NCBI GenBank assembly: GCA_040954595.2
Contig: CM082583.2
Location: 652,542-716,541 of the forward strand
Source of the DNA: Balanoglossus misakiensis
Lineage: Eukaryota > Animalia > Hemichordata
Length of the DNA stretch: 64,000 bases
Direction of reading: 5' to 3'
This document shows positions 63,324 to 64,000 of the stretch, in pieces. Position numbers and translations under genes: made by a program. The stretch's first letter is position 1, and every line of letters begins with the position of its first letter. The notes under the pieces are model-generated. The model was not told the origin of the DNA. It did no database searches and saw only the letters and a program-made list of their open reading frames with translations.

Positions 63324-64000
63324 TTGATGAACGGGAATTCAATGTTAGAAAACCCGTGTGGAAAGTATCTCTACCCGTTTGAAACTAAGAAAAGAATTTA
63401 TTCTTATTTATTTTGTAAAAAAGACAATTTTTCGAAACAAAGGCGAAAATGGTAATTTTGTCTTGGGTGATTCAAATTATACCACCTTTTCTGGAATTTG
63501 CAGCACTTTTTACAAGAGAACGACACTTAATGCTCCATAATATTTCCGAAAATGAAGAAAAGAGTTAATTTTTTATGATTTTTTAAAATTTTACCATTTT
63601 TGTCAAAATATGGCCAAAATGGCTATTTTTTCTTGAATTCCGTCAATATCTCTGCATTTTTGGTGTGGTCGAAACTTTTAACATACAATCAACATGTCAT
63701 ATATGATCGGGGCACCAAATTCGAAGAACAAAGGTTTTTTTATTTTTTTTTCTAAAAATGACATTTTCAAGGAAAATTTGGTAAAACGCAATTTTGTCTG
63801 CAGTGAGCCAAATTAGACGGTCTTTTATGGAATTTGTATCGATATATACATACGAAGAGCATTCTATACTCCATCAGATTTCCGAAAATGTAGAAAAGGG
63901 TATTTTTTGTAATTTTGAAAAATTTTCCATTTTGACCAAATTGTGGCTAAAATTGTTATTTTCGTGTTGAATGCCGCCAGTGTCACTGCTTTTAAAAGTC

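Larger units (their letters stand above)
1..64000. repeat. Tandem satellite/macrosatellite array, ~2.05-kb composite monomer, 32 monomer positions, all in the same orientation
   Basis: The anchor gaaggaaatccgacttgatcaccgttgctaac recurs at a spacing of 2040-2058 bp. Exceptions (1889, 1727, 1881, 1954, 1953, 1888 bp, one truncated and one expanded unit) are explained by internal indels. Copies differ only by scattered SNPs and small indels. Confidence 0.99.

Noticed and set aside
82-63540. Recurrent 60-163-aa ORFs in the ORF track (e.g. 8845-9336, 5858-6157)
   Set aside because: They open and close with homopolymer length changes and single SNPs, mostly use TTG/GTG starts, shift frame between near-identical copies, are F/K/I-biased as expected from A/T tracts, and show no recognisable domain.
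1-64000. rDNA intergenic spacer or histone-cluster repeat
   Set aside because: No rRNA or histone coding sequence occurs within any monomer.
1-64000. Transposon insertion, inversion or telomeric repeat interrupting the array
   Set aside because: Every segment maps to the monomer in the same orientation; I saw no foreign sequence, terminal inverted repeats, target-site duplications or telomere-type short repeats.
1-64000. Assignment to a named satellite family or species
   Set aside because: I do not recognise the sequence; features such as phased A-tracts and nucleosome-sized subunits are generic and a database search is required.

Overview
The whole 64-kb window is one uninterrupted head-to-tail tandem array of a ~2.05-kb monomer (32 monomer positions; one 5'-truncated, the last cut by the window edge). 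It looks like eukaryotic satellite/macrosatellite DNA. I can support no protein-coding gene, RNA gene, CRISPR array or intact mobile element; the ORF track only reflects repeat periodicity. Each monomer is composite: (i) a CpG-rich module of ten 81-bp subunits alternating A/B (a 162-bp dimer; one subunit is 85 bp), (ii) an AT-rich module of ~960 bp built from diverged ~167-bp subunits paired into ~334-bp dimers with phased A/T tracts, (iii) a variable poly-C tract, and (iv) a ~260-bp linker that grades into the 81-bp module. Monomer starts (M1-M32, anchor ttgatc after gaaggaaatccgac): 1, 2047, 4095, 6141, 8193, 10082, 12132, 14183, 15910, 17791, 19837, 21882, 23930, 25974, 28014, 29968, 31921, 33962, 36006, 38049, (39800 truncated), 41653, 43702, 45756, 47813, 49867, 51924, 53971, 56024, 58082, 60137, 62025. 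The most notable points are two unrelated nucleosome-sized periodicities fused in one unit, a CENP-B-box-like motif near their junction, large indels that mostly keep the ~162-bp register, and variant-sharing that reveals 2-mer, 6-mer and ~46-kb relationships. All alignments were made by eye; organism and function cannot be determined from the sequence alone.
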